NCBI GenBank assembly: GCA_964639965.1
Contig: CAZXGI010000004.1
Coordinates: forward strand, 3,888 to 67,887
DNA length: 64,000 nt
Direction: 5' to 3'
Source of the DNA: an uncultured Rhodospirillaceae bacterium
GTDB lineage: Bacteria; Pseudomonadota; Alphaproteobacteria; Rhodospirillales; UBA2165
Part shown: piece after piece, positions 1 through 9,204 of the stretch
How the letters are laid out: every line of letters begins with the position of its first letter
Numbering within the stretch: position 1 is the first letter of the stretch
Made by a program: the position numbers and the translations under genes
The notes under the pieces: model-generated
Told to the model about the DNA's origin: nothing
Databases searched by the model: none
Seen by the model: the letters and a program-made list of their open reading frames with translations, nothing else

Positions 1-1
1 T

Positions 2-163
2 GTTGTTAAACTCGATGGGCGAACCACAGAGGTCAATACATTCGGCGATCAAATTAAGATACCTCCTTTCAAAGTTCGTTCATTGAATCCAGGAATGCTA
101 TGCAAGGTCTTTTGGACCGGACCCGGTTCCACGGCTGGTAAATTAATTTGTGACAAGAAATGA
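2..163 (+). CDS. 3' end of an upstream gene (C-terminal 53 aa, family not recognised)
   Basis: Frame open from the window edge, ending at TGA 161-163 (..VVKLDGRTTEVNTFGDQIKIPPFKVRSLNPGMLCKVFWTGPGSTAGKLICDKK*), translated by hand. Confidence 0.35.
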   Translation, partial: VVKLDGRTTEVNTFGDQIKIPPFKVRSLNPGMLCKVFWTGPGSTAGKLICDKK

Positions 164-236
164 CGATGTTGTTCTATGGTTTCCTTCTCCAAAGTTTGGC
201 TGGCCGGAAGATTCTAAATTCTCAAAGGATTAAATA

Positions 237-1385
237 ATGGCCATAGATCGAAAAACATTTAAAGCCTTAATAGATGGTATTGAGCGTTATATAGCTGAAC
301 GATTAGTGCCAATGGAGAGATCTGTCGCCGAAAACGACGAGGTGCCAGCAGATATTATAACTGAAATGAGAGAACTGGGCCTATTTGGGCTATCTATACC
401 AGAAGAATACGGTGGCCTCGGGTTAAACATGAGCGAGGAAATTGAAGTAGCTATCTGTTTAGGCGCCACTACGCCGGCCTTTAGATCTGTATTCGGCACC
501 AATATAGGTATTGGCAGCCAAGGGATAATCATTGATGGCACCGAAGAGCAAAAAAAGCACTACCTACCCAAACTTGCTACAGGAGAAATTATTTCTTCTT
601 TTGCCCTAACAGAACCAGAAGCTGGTTCAGACGCAGGCTCATTAAAGACGCGCGCTGTAAAAAAGGGTAAAAATTATATTCTCAATGGTACCAAGCGGTA
701 TATTACGAATGCGCCCTCTGCTGATATTTTTACATTGATGGCGCGTACCGACCCTGAAACCTCCAGTGCCAAAGGTATAACGGCTTTTATTGTCGAACGA
801 AAAACAAAAGGGCTTAAGATAGGAACACCAGACAGAAAAATGGGGCAGCAAGGGGCAAAAACTGCAGATGTCATACTGCAAGACTGTGTCGTCCCTGAAA
901 GAAATATTATTGGGGGCGTCGAAGGTGTTGGTTTTAAAACAGCAATGAAAGTACTCGACCGCGGGCGTTTACACATTTCAGGTGTTAGTGTTGGTATTGC
1001 AGAAAGATTGATCAGAGAATGCATTTTATACACAAATGAACGGAAGCAATTTGGAAAATTAATATCGGAGTTCCAACTCATCCAAGCTATGCTCGCTGAT
1101 TCGAAAGCTGAAGCATATGCTGCTAAATGCATGGTATTTGATGCTGCCGCAAAAAAAGATAAAGGTGAAAATATAACCTTGGAAGCAGCCTGCACAAAAA
1201 TGTTCTCTACTGAAATGGTCGGTAAAGTGGCCGATAGAGCCGTACAAATATTTGGAGGGGCAGGTTATATTTCTGATTATCCAATTGAACGTCTTTATCG
1301 TGACGTGCGCCTTTTCCGTATCTACGAAGGAACAACCCAAATACAGCAATTGATTATAGCCCGCGAACTACTGAAAAAAAGATAA
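237..1385 (+). CDS. acyl-CoA dehydrogenase
   Basis: 382-aa ORF with ACAD hallmarks (FALTEPEAGSD, QIFGGAGY, RIYEGTTQIQ); AAAGGA Shine-Dalgarno upstream. Confidence 0.9.
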   Translation: MAIDRKTFKALIDGIERYIAERLVPMERSVAENDEVPADIITEMRELGLFGLSIPEEYGGLGLNMSEEIEVAICLGATTPAFRSVFGTNIGIGSQGIIIDGTEEQKKHYLPKLATGEIISSFALTEPEAGSDAGSLKTRAVKKGKNYILNGTKRYITNAPSADIFTLMARTDPETSSAKGITAFIVERKTKGLKIGTPDRKMGQQGAKTADVILQDCVVPERNIIGGVEGVGFKTAMKVLDRGRLHISGVSVGIAERLIRECILYTNERKQFGKLISEFQLIQAMLADSKAEAYAAKCMVFDAAAKKDKGENITLEAACTKMFSTEMVGKVADRAVQIFGGAGYISDYPIERLYRDVRLFRIYEGTTQIQQLIIARELLKKR

Positions 1386-1446
1386 TAAGCGGATCCAGTT
1401 TTATTATAAGACAATTCTTGCGTAGATAGTTACTTATTAAAGAACT

Positions 1447-1626
1447 CTATAAGTCTTTGCCTCTATCGGATTGCGGGCATTTTTCCTGTATATAAAATTC
1501 CGCGTTATAATCCTCACCATCACAACAATACGCTATTCCAGAGCCATTACATCTCGAGCAAGGAATTGCTCTATTGTTTTGAGATGCGATCAAGACCATG
1601 CCTTTATGGCATTCTGGGCATATCAC
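1447..1626 (-). CDS. hypothetical small Cys-rich zinc-ribbon-like protein (59 aa, GTG start), possibly a gene relic
   Basis: Hand translation: VICPECHKGMVLIASQNNRAIPCSRCNGSGIAYCCDGEDYNAEFYIQEKCPQSDRGKDL. Has CxxC plus a DnaJ-type CxxCxGxG motif and AAGGA upstream of the GTG. Absent from the ORF track (under 60 aa, non-ATG start). Confidence 0.3.
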   Translation of the reverse strand: MICPECHKGMVLIASQNNRAIPCSRCNGSGIAYCCDGEDYNAEFYIQEKCPQSDRGKDL

Positions 1627-2128
1627 TTTGCCAATTTCCTTTCGTTAGTCCGACAGAACTATCTAGTGCCAAAATTTTACGAAACCCGACTCCGGCCCAG
1701 GCGTTTCTATTATAACTGGATAGCCAAAGCATTGCCCAGTTTTCTAAAAGACGAGATCTTTATAGAATTCAGACAACTAAATTTAAACTATAGCTATCAT
1801 CAGGCGCAACAAATCTATGGCTCTGGTGGTGATTTAACCTATCTTTTTCACCATATTTTTGCTCATTATTGGTATTAGCTGCTTCGAGAACGATACCAGG
1901 CCTTAAGTATTGTGGGCGTGTGCTTGATAGCTGTAATGGCTCAACCATTTCGTTCACCTCTCTGGATTACTAGATATTTGGTCAAATTTTATTATTAACA
2001 CTACATATAGTGCCATCAATTTATTAAAAAAATGTAAAATTTAGCTATAAACGGCAAAATTTGCCTAAATCTGAACAAAATGAGAGATATTTCTATAAAA
2101 AAAACACTCTATATCATATAACTCCGGA

Positions 2129-2599
2129 TTATTTCTTCGACTCCAAAAAGTTAACCATTTTAATAACGTCCGTAGCTTCCATTCGACATAATGGACCGGA
2201 GCTATATGAAGACATTATAACCTTGCCTTGCCCATCGAGAATAAATTCGGAAGGCTGAATCAACCCTCTTCGGTCTTCCCACCAAGAGCCCATAAGGTCC
2301 CGGTGTGTTTCTCCAGCTCCATATCCTATAGGAAAAGATAACTCATCAGCCACCTCTTGAGCCTTATCTTCCGGATCAACACTGGCAGCAAATATCTTTA
2401 TGTTTCGGTCATTAAACTCAACAATTTCACCTTCAAAACCGACTAACTGTCGGCGACAATAAGGTCACCAATGTCCACGGTAAAAAAGCACCACGTTATA
2501 ATTTCCATCCATATCAGCGGGTAGCGTTATTTTGCCGCCACCGACCAAATCTATAGACATTATTGGGAATTGGGATCCGGTACCTAACTTCTCATTCAT
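2129..2599 (-). CDS. AhpC/TSA (peroxiredoxin/redoxin)-like thiol oxidoreductase with in-frame TGA at codon 45; candidate selenoprotein (UxxC), otherwise a pseudogene
   Basis: One frame is open from ATG 2599 to the stop at 2129 apart from TGA at 2465-2467. Translation: MNEKLGTGSQFPIMSIDLVGGGKITLPADMDGNYNVVLFYRGHW[TGA]PYCRRQLVGFEGEIVEFNDRNIKIFAASVDPEDKAQEVADELSFPIGYG... The TGA replaces the first Cys of the thioredoxin-fold WCPYC motif. The ORF track shows only the last 74 aa (2129..2353). Confidence 0.6.
2430..2464 (-). promoter_or_regulatory. SECIS-like stem-loop immediately 3' of the in-frame UGA
   Basis: mRNA reads UGA-CCUU-AUUGUCG-CCGAC-AGUUA-GUCGG-UUUUG-AAGG. Outer 4-bp stem, internal loop, inner 5-bp stem (plus a G-U pair), 5-nt apical loop containing GU. 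The apical loop begins 16 nt after the UGA. Confidence 0.4.
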
Positions 2600-2988
2600 T
2601 TTATATTCCTAGACAACAAATTAAACAAAACCACAAATAGACTTTAGATAGTGATAATATTACACAGAATCCTATATGGCTCAAACGGGAAAGTAGCCCC
2701 ACCAATTAACAATATCTCACGACTTTTTGTTTTCATTAAACCAATATTCTTTCAGCCATTTTAATAAATTACCTCTTTAAGATAACTATAATAAAAAATC
2801 AATTCTCCATCACTTTTGTAGCTTCCAGAAATACATGCTTACAATGTTTCCATGATATAATAATTATGACAAGCGTAGGCAGGTTCTTATACAATTGACA
2901 GTAAACTGATGTCGCTAGCAGAAAATTGTACAGAATGAAATTGACACAAGGTTAATCCATAAAAACAAAGTGTGATTTGGAGGCTTAA

Positions 2989-3612
2989 ATGCAATATTTT
3001 ACTTGGGGAATTAATAAGCCGGGGACTAACGAAAAACGAACGTCCCTGATAAAAAAACATTGGGGTTATATTGCAAATTATGAGAAAAAACTGATCGCAC
3101 GGGGCCCTGTGATGGATCCTGATGACCTTAGCGTTGTTATCGGATCCATTCATATAGTGGAACTTGCAAACCTTACCGAAGCAGAAGCTTTTTCCTATGA
3201 GGAACCCTTCGCCAAGGCTGGTCTTTTTAAATCTGTTTTCATAAGCCAGTTCAAACTAAAGCTCAAAAGAACTCAATTCGATTTTATCAGCAATCCTGAT
3301 TTTTTGCGCTTTTTTATATACTGTCCAGTAATGATGCACTCTAAAAAAAAGACCTCCGAATTAACGAGGGCTCATGAAGCTTATTGTAAAAAATTCGACA
3401 AACATTTCATCTGCCGCGGTTCGCTTATATCCAACAACAGCATCTGGCAAGGCAATATATATTTTGTTGAGTTTGCCAATAGAATTGATGTTGATAACTT
3501 TCTTAAAAATGATCCTTTTACAAAGTCGAGCGTTTACGATAAGACAGAAACATTTCGCTGGACAATGGGGGGGCCAGAGAACCTCAACGCCGCCGGGACT
3601 TTAGGCGAATAA
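2989..3612 (+). CDS. YciI-like (YCII-related) protein, apparently a tandem two-domain form
   Basis: 207-aa ORF with GGAGG Shine-Dalgarno. Two repeats of the YCII-like pattern (..RGPVMDPDD..GSIHIVE.. and ..CRGSLISNN..GNIYFVEF..). Confidence 0.65.
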   Translation: MQYFTWGINKPGTNEKRTSLIKKHWGYIANYEKKLIARGPVMDPDDLSVVIGSIHIVELANLTEAEAFSYEEPFAKAGLFKSVFISQFKLKLKRTQFDFISNPDFLRFFIYCPVMMHSKKKTSELTRAHEAYCKKFDKHFICRGSLISNNSIWQGNIYFVEFANRIDVDNFLKNDPFTKSSVYDKTETFRWTMGGPENLNAAGTLGE

Positions 3613-3626
3613 GGCACATTAACTTA

Positions 3627-4205
3627 TCAATTATCAAATACGATCAAATATTTTTTCAATAACTGCATCTGTGCAACTAAAAATAATATTGTCAAACTTA
3701 GTATTCCAAATACTTTAAAGTTAACCCAGAAATCAGTGGTTTGAGTGCGCCAAACTATCTCATTCAGCAAAGCCATAGAAAAAAAGAAAATTGCAAACCG
3801 ACGAGTAAAGAGAACCCACCCCTGCTGTTTCATTTTTATCGAAGCTCCAAGTAACTTTTCAAGAAACATATTTTTTGTATACAAACCAATCAAAAGGATC
3901 AAACCAAAGATAAACTGAATTATTGTAGGTTTCATCTTGATGAAAGTTTCATCCTTTAACCAGAGGGTTAATCCCCCAAAAAAAATAATTATACACCCCG
4001 TCACGATTGGCATGATCGGAAGTCGCCTTTCAACCAAAAACGAAAGAACTAGCACGACGAGTGTCGTAATAATTATAGCTGCGGTAGCCTTGAATAAATC
4101 AGTTGCCCAATATGTAACAAAAAAAACGATAAGTGGCCCGTACTCGACTATCGCCTTTAATACTTTAGGGTCAATAGAGGCCTTTTTTTCTTTTGGTTCG
4201 TTCAC
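3627..4205 (-). CDS. yciB: intracellular septation protein A (YciB/IspZ family)
   Basis: 192-aa five-TM protein whose N-terminal ..LKAIVEYGPLIVFFVTY.. region and overall pattern are typical of YciB. Confidence 0.8.
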   Translation of the reverse strand: MNEPKEKKASIDPKVLKAIVEYGPLIVFFVTYWATDLFKATAAIIITTLVVLVLSFLVERRLPIMPIVTGCIIIFFGGLTLWLKDETFIKMKPTIIQFIFGLILLIGLYTKNMFLEKLLGASIKMKQQGWVLFTRRFAIFFFSMALLNEIVWRTQTTDFWVNFKVFGILSLTILFLVAQMQLLKKYLIVFDN

Positions 4206-4338
4206 AAAATCTTCCTTTGAAAAATAATCCCACCGATAATTAGAATAACGCCCAAAATAAAAAATTAAAGTGCGTATTTACTTTAAGGGGGATACCCCCG
4301 AATATACACCTGCTAAAATATGCAACCTGAGGTAGTTT

Positions 4339-5316
4339 ATGTTTGCTCCTTTTTTCTTAAATCGCGTTTGGGCCTTATGGTCTTGGCTGGGTGGGGCTTT
4401 TATTTTGTTTTCCACATGGTACCAGGTGCAACTAGATGTAAAAATTACCGAATGGTTCCGAACCTTTTATGACACACTACAAAAAGCATTAAGCAAGCCT
4501 AATTCGGTGACGTTTGACGAATTCTTAACATACCTTATCGAATTTGCCCAAATTGCCGGTCTATGGATAGTAATAATGATTGTTACAGGTTTTTTTGTTT
4601 CGCACTGGGTTTTCAGATGGCGAACCGCAATGACCAATCGATATCAATCTCTTTGGAATGACGTAAAACACATAGAAGGTGCAGCCCAACGAATTCAGGA
4701 AGACACACTAAAATTTGCCAGAATAATGGAAACCTTAGGTGTTGGTCTCCTTGACTCAGTGATGACCTTATTTGCATTTGTACCGTTATTATGGGGTTTA
4801 TCCAAACAAATTACCGAATTACCTTGGATAGGAGAAGTCAATCATGGCTTGGTTTGGGTCGCTATTTTGGCCGCCTTAGGTGGAACCCTATTATTGGCAA
4901 TGGTAGGTATAAAATTACCAGGTATAGAATTTGATATACAAAAGGAGGAGGCTGCTTACCGCAAAGAACTAGTATTAGGGGAGGATAACCAGGATAGAGC
5001 CAAACTAAATATGCTCGAAGATCTTTATTTAAAAGTGCAAGGAATACATTTCAGATCTTATTTTCATTATCTATATTTTAATGCCTGTAAGTGGAGTTAT
5101 TTTCAGGGAATGGTGATTGTTCCCTATATAGCCCTGGCCCCAACAATTGTTACAGGTGTAGTAACGCTAGGTTTTGTTCAACAAATTGTCCGGGTTTTTG
5201 GCAGAGTTGAAAGCTCACTTCAATATTTGGTGCGCTCCTGGTCAACAATAGTTGAACTGATCTCCGTATTTAAACGGCTTAGAGCATTTGAAAGTGCTAT
5301 AAAACCAAAACCTTAA
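4339..5316 (+). CDS. SbmA/BacA-like inner-membrane transporter (no ATPase domain)
   Basis: 325-aa polytopic protein with an IEGAAQRIQEDTLKF segment resembling the conserved SbmA/BacA motif. Confidence 0.65.
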   Translation: MFAPFFLNRVWALWSWLGGAFILFSTWYQVQLDVKITEWFRTFYDTLQKALSKPNSVTFDEFLTYLIEFAQIAGLWIVIMIVTGFFVSHWVFRWRTAMTNRYQSLWNDVKHIEGAAQRIQEDTLKFARIMETLGVGLLDSVMTLFAFVPLLWGLSKQITELPWIGEVNHGLVWVAILAALGGTLLLAMVGIKLPGIEFDIQKEEAAYRKELVLGEDNQDRAKLNMLEDLYLKVQGIHFRSYFHYLYFNACKWSYFQGMVIVPYIALAPTIVTGVVTLGFVQQIVRVFGRVESSLQYLVRSWSTIVELISVFKRLRAFESAIKPKP

Positions 5317-5554
5317 CCCCTAATCAGTAATTAACCAATAAATCTTTGGGATCTATATTAAGATAAATTAGTCATTGCCAAGGCTCACTTCTTATTCAAA
5401 AGGGACCAGGCAAACCAAAATATGCAACCACATACCAAAACAGCAAAAACGACAAGTAGTAATCCTAACATGCAATTAGATTACAGCACCATAAAAATGA
5501 ATTCAACCTCACCTCAAAAGGATTTAATTCTAATAGGCCAAACAAATAAACTTC

Positions 5555-6487
5555 CTAATCTGGGCCATACTTACCTGTTAACTGGGGCGCATGGGGTGGT
5601 TCAAGACCCTTATTTTTCCTCTCCAGGCGTGTAGTTCTCTCCCATGTCCGCTTGAGATCATCACGAATATTTACTTTCAGCCGACCCAAACCCTCACACT
5701 CCAACTCAACGGTGTCTCCGTCATGAAAGGGGTTCAATCCTCCGTGATTTGTCCCAGTAGCAATAATATCTCCAGGTTCTAAGGTATGAACATGACTAAT
5801 AAACTCGATACACCGTTTAATATTATGTGCCATGTCATTTGTATTAAAATCCTGCATAATTTTCCCATTAACCCATAATTTAATGGGCAACTCCTGTGGG
5901 TTGTCGATCTCATCTTTTGTAACAAGGTAGGGTCCAATGGGAGTGAAAGTCTCACGACCTTTCATTTGAAAAAAAACATTCGAAGCTGGTGGCATTCCAC
6001 GCGCAGATCCGTCGATAAAATTTACATATCCAAAGACGTAATCCATGGCGTCATCCTGGTTTACCTCGTAACATCGTTTACCAATTACAACCCCTAACTC
6101 TGCCTCTCCTTCAAAGACCGTCGCAGGAATATCTTGAAGAACCATTGTGTCGTTTGGTCCTATAACGCTATTGGACGCTTTGGTGAATGCATTAATGGGA
6201 GGAGGCTCTGTTAATGTTCCGTCTTCCATATAGTTGACAGCCATACAGTCGATATTTACGGGACGTGGCAAAGGTGGCCGTATTTGAACATTATTAATTG
6301 GCAAACCTTTCTCACTAATCATAGCCTCTTCTAGGAGACTACGATATTGTTCAAAGTTCTCAATTAACCCATTGATCAGATCGTGTGGGCCCACCATTGG
6401 TATGTCGTTAACTTTACCGCTAACATCTATAACATTTTCCCCACTTAAAACTCCAAGTTTGAAATCATCAAAAAATAAAATTCTCAA
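5555..6487 (-). CDS. fumarylacetoacetate hydrolase (FAH) family protein
   Basis: 310-aa ORF with TTG start and GGGAG Shine-Dalgarno. FAH-domain patterns present (..GEAELGVVIGK.., ..FTPIGPYLVTKDEI.., ..PGDIIATGT..). Confidence 0.85.
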   Translation of the reverse strand: MRILFFDDFKLGVLSGENVIDVSGKVNDIPMVGPHDLINGLIENFEQYRSLLEEAMISEKGLPINNVQIRPPLPRPVNIDCMAVNYMEDGTLTEPPPINAFTKASNSVIGPNDTMVLQDIPATVFEGEAELGVVIGKRCYEVNQDDAMDYVFGYVNFIDGSARGMPPASNVFFQMKGRETFTPIGPYLVTKDEIDNPQELPIKLWVNGKIMQDFNTNDMAHNIKRCIEFISHVHTLEPGDIIATGTNHGGLNPFHDGDTVELECEGLGRLKVNIRDDLKRTWERTTRLERKNKGLEPPHAPQLTGKYGPD

Positions 6488-6633
6488 AACAACACTCCCT
6501 TATAGGTCATATAGTATTAGTCTTCATCATTCGGAAAAAACCTCAATGTTGCAAGAAAAATACTACAAAGGCGTGACAATTAAGTTAAATCCCTCCAAAA
6601 TTGCGTTCCATTACAAACAAGGGTTAGCAAATA

Positions 6634-7269
6634 ATGAATGTAAAAATAACTGACAAACATGTGCAAGAGGCATCAAAAATTTCAGCAGCAACGATGCATG
6701 AGGCCTCCGGAAAAATAGGCGCGCTTCCATCTTACATAAAACCTATTTCTTCTGACATGAAAATTTGTGGTCGTGCATATCCCATCAAAGGGCCCTCTGG
6801 TTGCAACCTTTGGCTTCATAGGGCTATTGCGAAAGCTAGGCAAGGAGATGTACTGATAGCAGATATCGGAGACGATAAAGAATTTGGATACTGGGGAGAT
6901 ATTATGGGCACTGGCTCAATGGCCAAAGGTATAACCGGACTAGTAATAGATGGATGTGTTCGCGATCAAATTGAATTGGCAGAAATGGGTTTTCCTGTTT
7001 TTGCTGCTGGCCTATGTATCCGAGGTACTGAAAAAAAATTCGATGGGATGGGATCCCTTGAAGAACCTATAACTATAGGCAAAATAACGATTAACCATGG
7101 TGATCTGGTTTTAGGCGATAACGACGGTGTTGTTATTATTCCCGCAGACCAAATCGAAGAAGGCATAGCAAAATCCCTAGAACGCGAAGGTAAGGAAGAA
7201 ACAACAAAAGAGTATCTCCGCAAAGGCAAAACAACAATGGAAATATATGATTGGCCAGAAAATACATAA
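6634..7269 (+). CDS. RraA-like protein / 4-hydroxy-4-methyl-2-oxoglutarate (CHA) aldolase family
   Basis: 211-aa ORF with RraA/aldolase-family patterns (..GDVLIADIG.., ..GLVIDGCVRD..). Confidence 0.8.
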   Translation: MNVKITDKHVQEASKISAATMHEASGKIGALPSYIKPISSDMKICGRAYPIKGPSGCNLWLHRAIAKARQGDVLIADIGDDKEFGYWGDIMGTGSMAKGITGLVIDGCVRDQIELAEMGFPVFAAGLCIRGTEKKFDGMGSLEEPITIGKITINHGDLVLGDNDGVVIIPADQIEEGIAKSLEREGKEETTKEYLRKGKTTMEIYDWPENT

Positions 7270-7284
7270 GAGAAGGAAATACCC

Positions 7285-8418
7285 GTGGCAAGTATTTTAA
7301 ATTTCCCCCCCATCCATTTTGATTTTGGAGCTATTAAGGAACTCGTTCCTGAGCTTAAAAAAAGAGAAATTGACCGCCCCCTCGTTATAACTGACCAAGG
7401 TCTTGTAGACCACGGTATCTACGAAAAACTTCGTAGTACATTGCCAATTGATATGAAGGTTTCTTTATTTGACAAAATTCCAGAGAACCCAACCATCTAT
7501 GGAGTTGAACAAGCCCTTAAAGTGTACAAGAAAAACAACTGTAACGGTATTATCGGGCTCGGTGGTGGATCTGTTCTCGATTCCGGAAAGGCTCTACGAG
7601 TTATAGCGACCCATGATATTTCGCTAATCGATGTTTTGTGTAATTTAGATAAAATTACGACTAATGTTGCACCTTACCTAACAATACCAACTACAGCTGG
7701 TACAGGTGCAGAAATTACGTTCGGGGGCGGAATTCATCCAGAACCTAATGCACCAGCTTTTGCTATTCGAAGCATACATGTAAGACCGGATCTCGCTATC
7801 TGTGACCCGGAATTTACCATGACATTACCTCCGCGGCTAACAGCTGCAACGGGTATGGATGCCCTCACTCATTGCGTTGAAGGTTTTTTATCCAAAAACT
7901 CCAACCCTCCAACTGAAGCAATTGCTCTAGATGGCATTCGGCGCGTTACCAATTTTATCGATCGTGCCGTAACGGATGGTAACGATCGCGAAGCACGTTC
8001 AGAAATGTCAATGGCAGCACTCGAGGGGGGAATGGCAATCTATATGGGATTGGGCCCAATCCACGCCCTATCAATGACGTTTGGAAATAGTCCGCTTCAT
8101 CATGGCACTCTTGTTACTGTAGCTATGCCAGCCATTATGAAATTTTATAACGGCAAAATTAAAGATAATGCCTTGGAGAAAATTGCTGAGGCAATGGGCC
8201 TTACCGCCGATAAGGAATCGGGAAGTCGTATCGCAGATGCTGTAGCAGAGATAAATAGTAGGCTGGGTCTTCCTTCAACTGTCCGGCAAATGGGTTATGA
8301 TAAGAATGATATTGAACAGATGGTGAGAGACGCTTGTGAAAGCGATTTTAATATCCCCGCACCTATTCGGCCAAATGCGGACGAATATGAGAAAATAGTT
8401 GTTGAAGTATTAGGTTAA
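7285..8418 (+). CDS. iron-containing alcohol dehydrogenase family oxidoreductase
   Basis: 377-aa ORF with GTG start after GAAGGAAA. Fe-ADH patterns present (GLGGGSVLDSGK, TTAGTGAE, DALTHCVE). Confidence 0.85.
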   Translation: MASILNFPPIHFDFGAIKELVPELKKREIDRPLVITDQGLVDHGIYEKLRSTLPIDMKVSLFDKIPENPTIYGVEQALKVYKKNNCNGIIGLGGGSVLDSGKALRVIATHDISLIDVLCNLDKITTNVAPYLTIPTTAGTGAEITFGGGIHPEPNAPAFAIRSIHVRPDLAICDPEFTMTLPPRLTAATGMDALTHCVEGFLSKNSNPPTEAIALDGIRRVTNFIDRAVTDGNDREARSEMSMAALEGGMAIYMGLGPIHALSMTFGNSPLHHGTLVTVAMPAIMKFYNGKIKDNALEKIAEAMGLTADKESGSRIADAVAEINSRLGLPSTVRQMGYDKNDIEQMVRDACESDFNIPAPIRPNADEYEKIVVEVLG

Positions 8419-8454
8419 GAAAATATTTATCACAAAAAGATGAAAACCTATTAG

Positions 8455-9198
8455 ATGGACATTTTTTCCAGCGTTTTGAGTTTCAATTTATTACTTGCGG
8501 CCTTTGCAGTATTTCCGAGTGGTATAATTCAAGGTTATGCCGGGTTTGGAGGAGTTTTGGTAGCTGTCCCATTCCTAGCTATCTTATTTGACCCAGTCAC
8601 GGGTTTTGCAATTATATTATTCGTAGTTTTATTTGGTCAGGGTTCTCATTTTTTAAAAGCAATAAGGAATGCAGATTGGAAAGAGGTTGGCCCGGTTGCC
8701 GGTGCCAGTGCAATTACGATGACAATCGGAATATTTTTCTTAGTGAAAACCGATCCAATATTTATACGCAAGTGTATGGGCATAATAATTCTCCTCATAA
8801 CCTTACTGATGGCGTCCGATTGGAATTACTCGGGGAAAAGAAGTTTGATAAGCAAGGTGTTTACGGGGGGGGTCTCTGGCACAATTACAGGTGGATTTGG
8901 AGTACCTGGGTTCCCGCTTCAAGTAATGTATTTTCATACCTCACTCTCAACTATTGACACAAAACGTTCTAATGTTTTAGCGGCGTTAGCTTGTGGTTTA
9001 GCTGTTGCAATTACTGGTCTCGCAATCCAAAATATTTATACCCAAGAAATGTTAATACGCGCAGTAGTAATTGCCCCAACATTTATCGTGGGAGCAAAAT
9101 TAGGAGAAATGATCTTTAAAGTGGCACCTACCGATTGGTTCAAGAGAATAACTTATCTGATTCTATTGGCCACCGCTATTATGTTGATTTTTTTTTAA
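8455..9198 (+). CDS. TauE/SafE family sulfite/organosulfonate exporter-like membrane protein
   Basis: 247-aa, roughly 8-TM protein with the glycine-rich repeats typical of TauE/SafE (DUF81). Confidence 0.75.
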   Translation: MDIFSSVLSFNLLLAAFAVFPSGIIQGYAGFGGVLVAVPFLAILFDPVTGFAIILFVVLFGQGSHFLKAIRNADWKEVGPVAGASAITMTIGIFFLVKTDPIFIRKCMGIIILLITLLMASDWNYSGKRSLISKVFTGGVSGTITGGFGVPGFPLQVMYFHTSLSTIDTKRSNVLAALACGLAVAITGLAIQNIYTQEMLIRAVVIAPTFIVGAKLGEMIFKVAPTDWFKRITYLILLATAIMLIFF

Positions 9199-9204
9199 AA
9201 CTAT

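Noticed and set aside
674-1195. 173-aa minus-strand ORF inside the acyl-CoA dehydrogenase gene (with neighbours at 287..541, 642..881 and 1059..1349)
   Set aside because: It lies entirely antisense to a well-supported gene, has low-complexity composition and no recognisable family. This is a typical shadow ORF.
1471-1878. 135-aa plus-strand ORF in the 1.4-2.1 kb gap
   Set aside because: It has a non-ATG start, an implausible composition and no Shine-Dalgarno. The protein-like signal in this region is on the minus strand.
8865-8872. G8 homopolymer inside the TauE-like gene, and a second G8 at 54472-54479 inside argH
   Set aside because: Both encode conserved Gly-rich motifs (TGGVSG and WGGRF) in intact frames. 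Nothing suggests phase variation.
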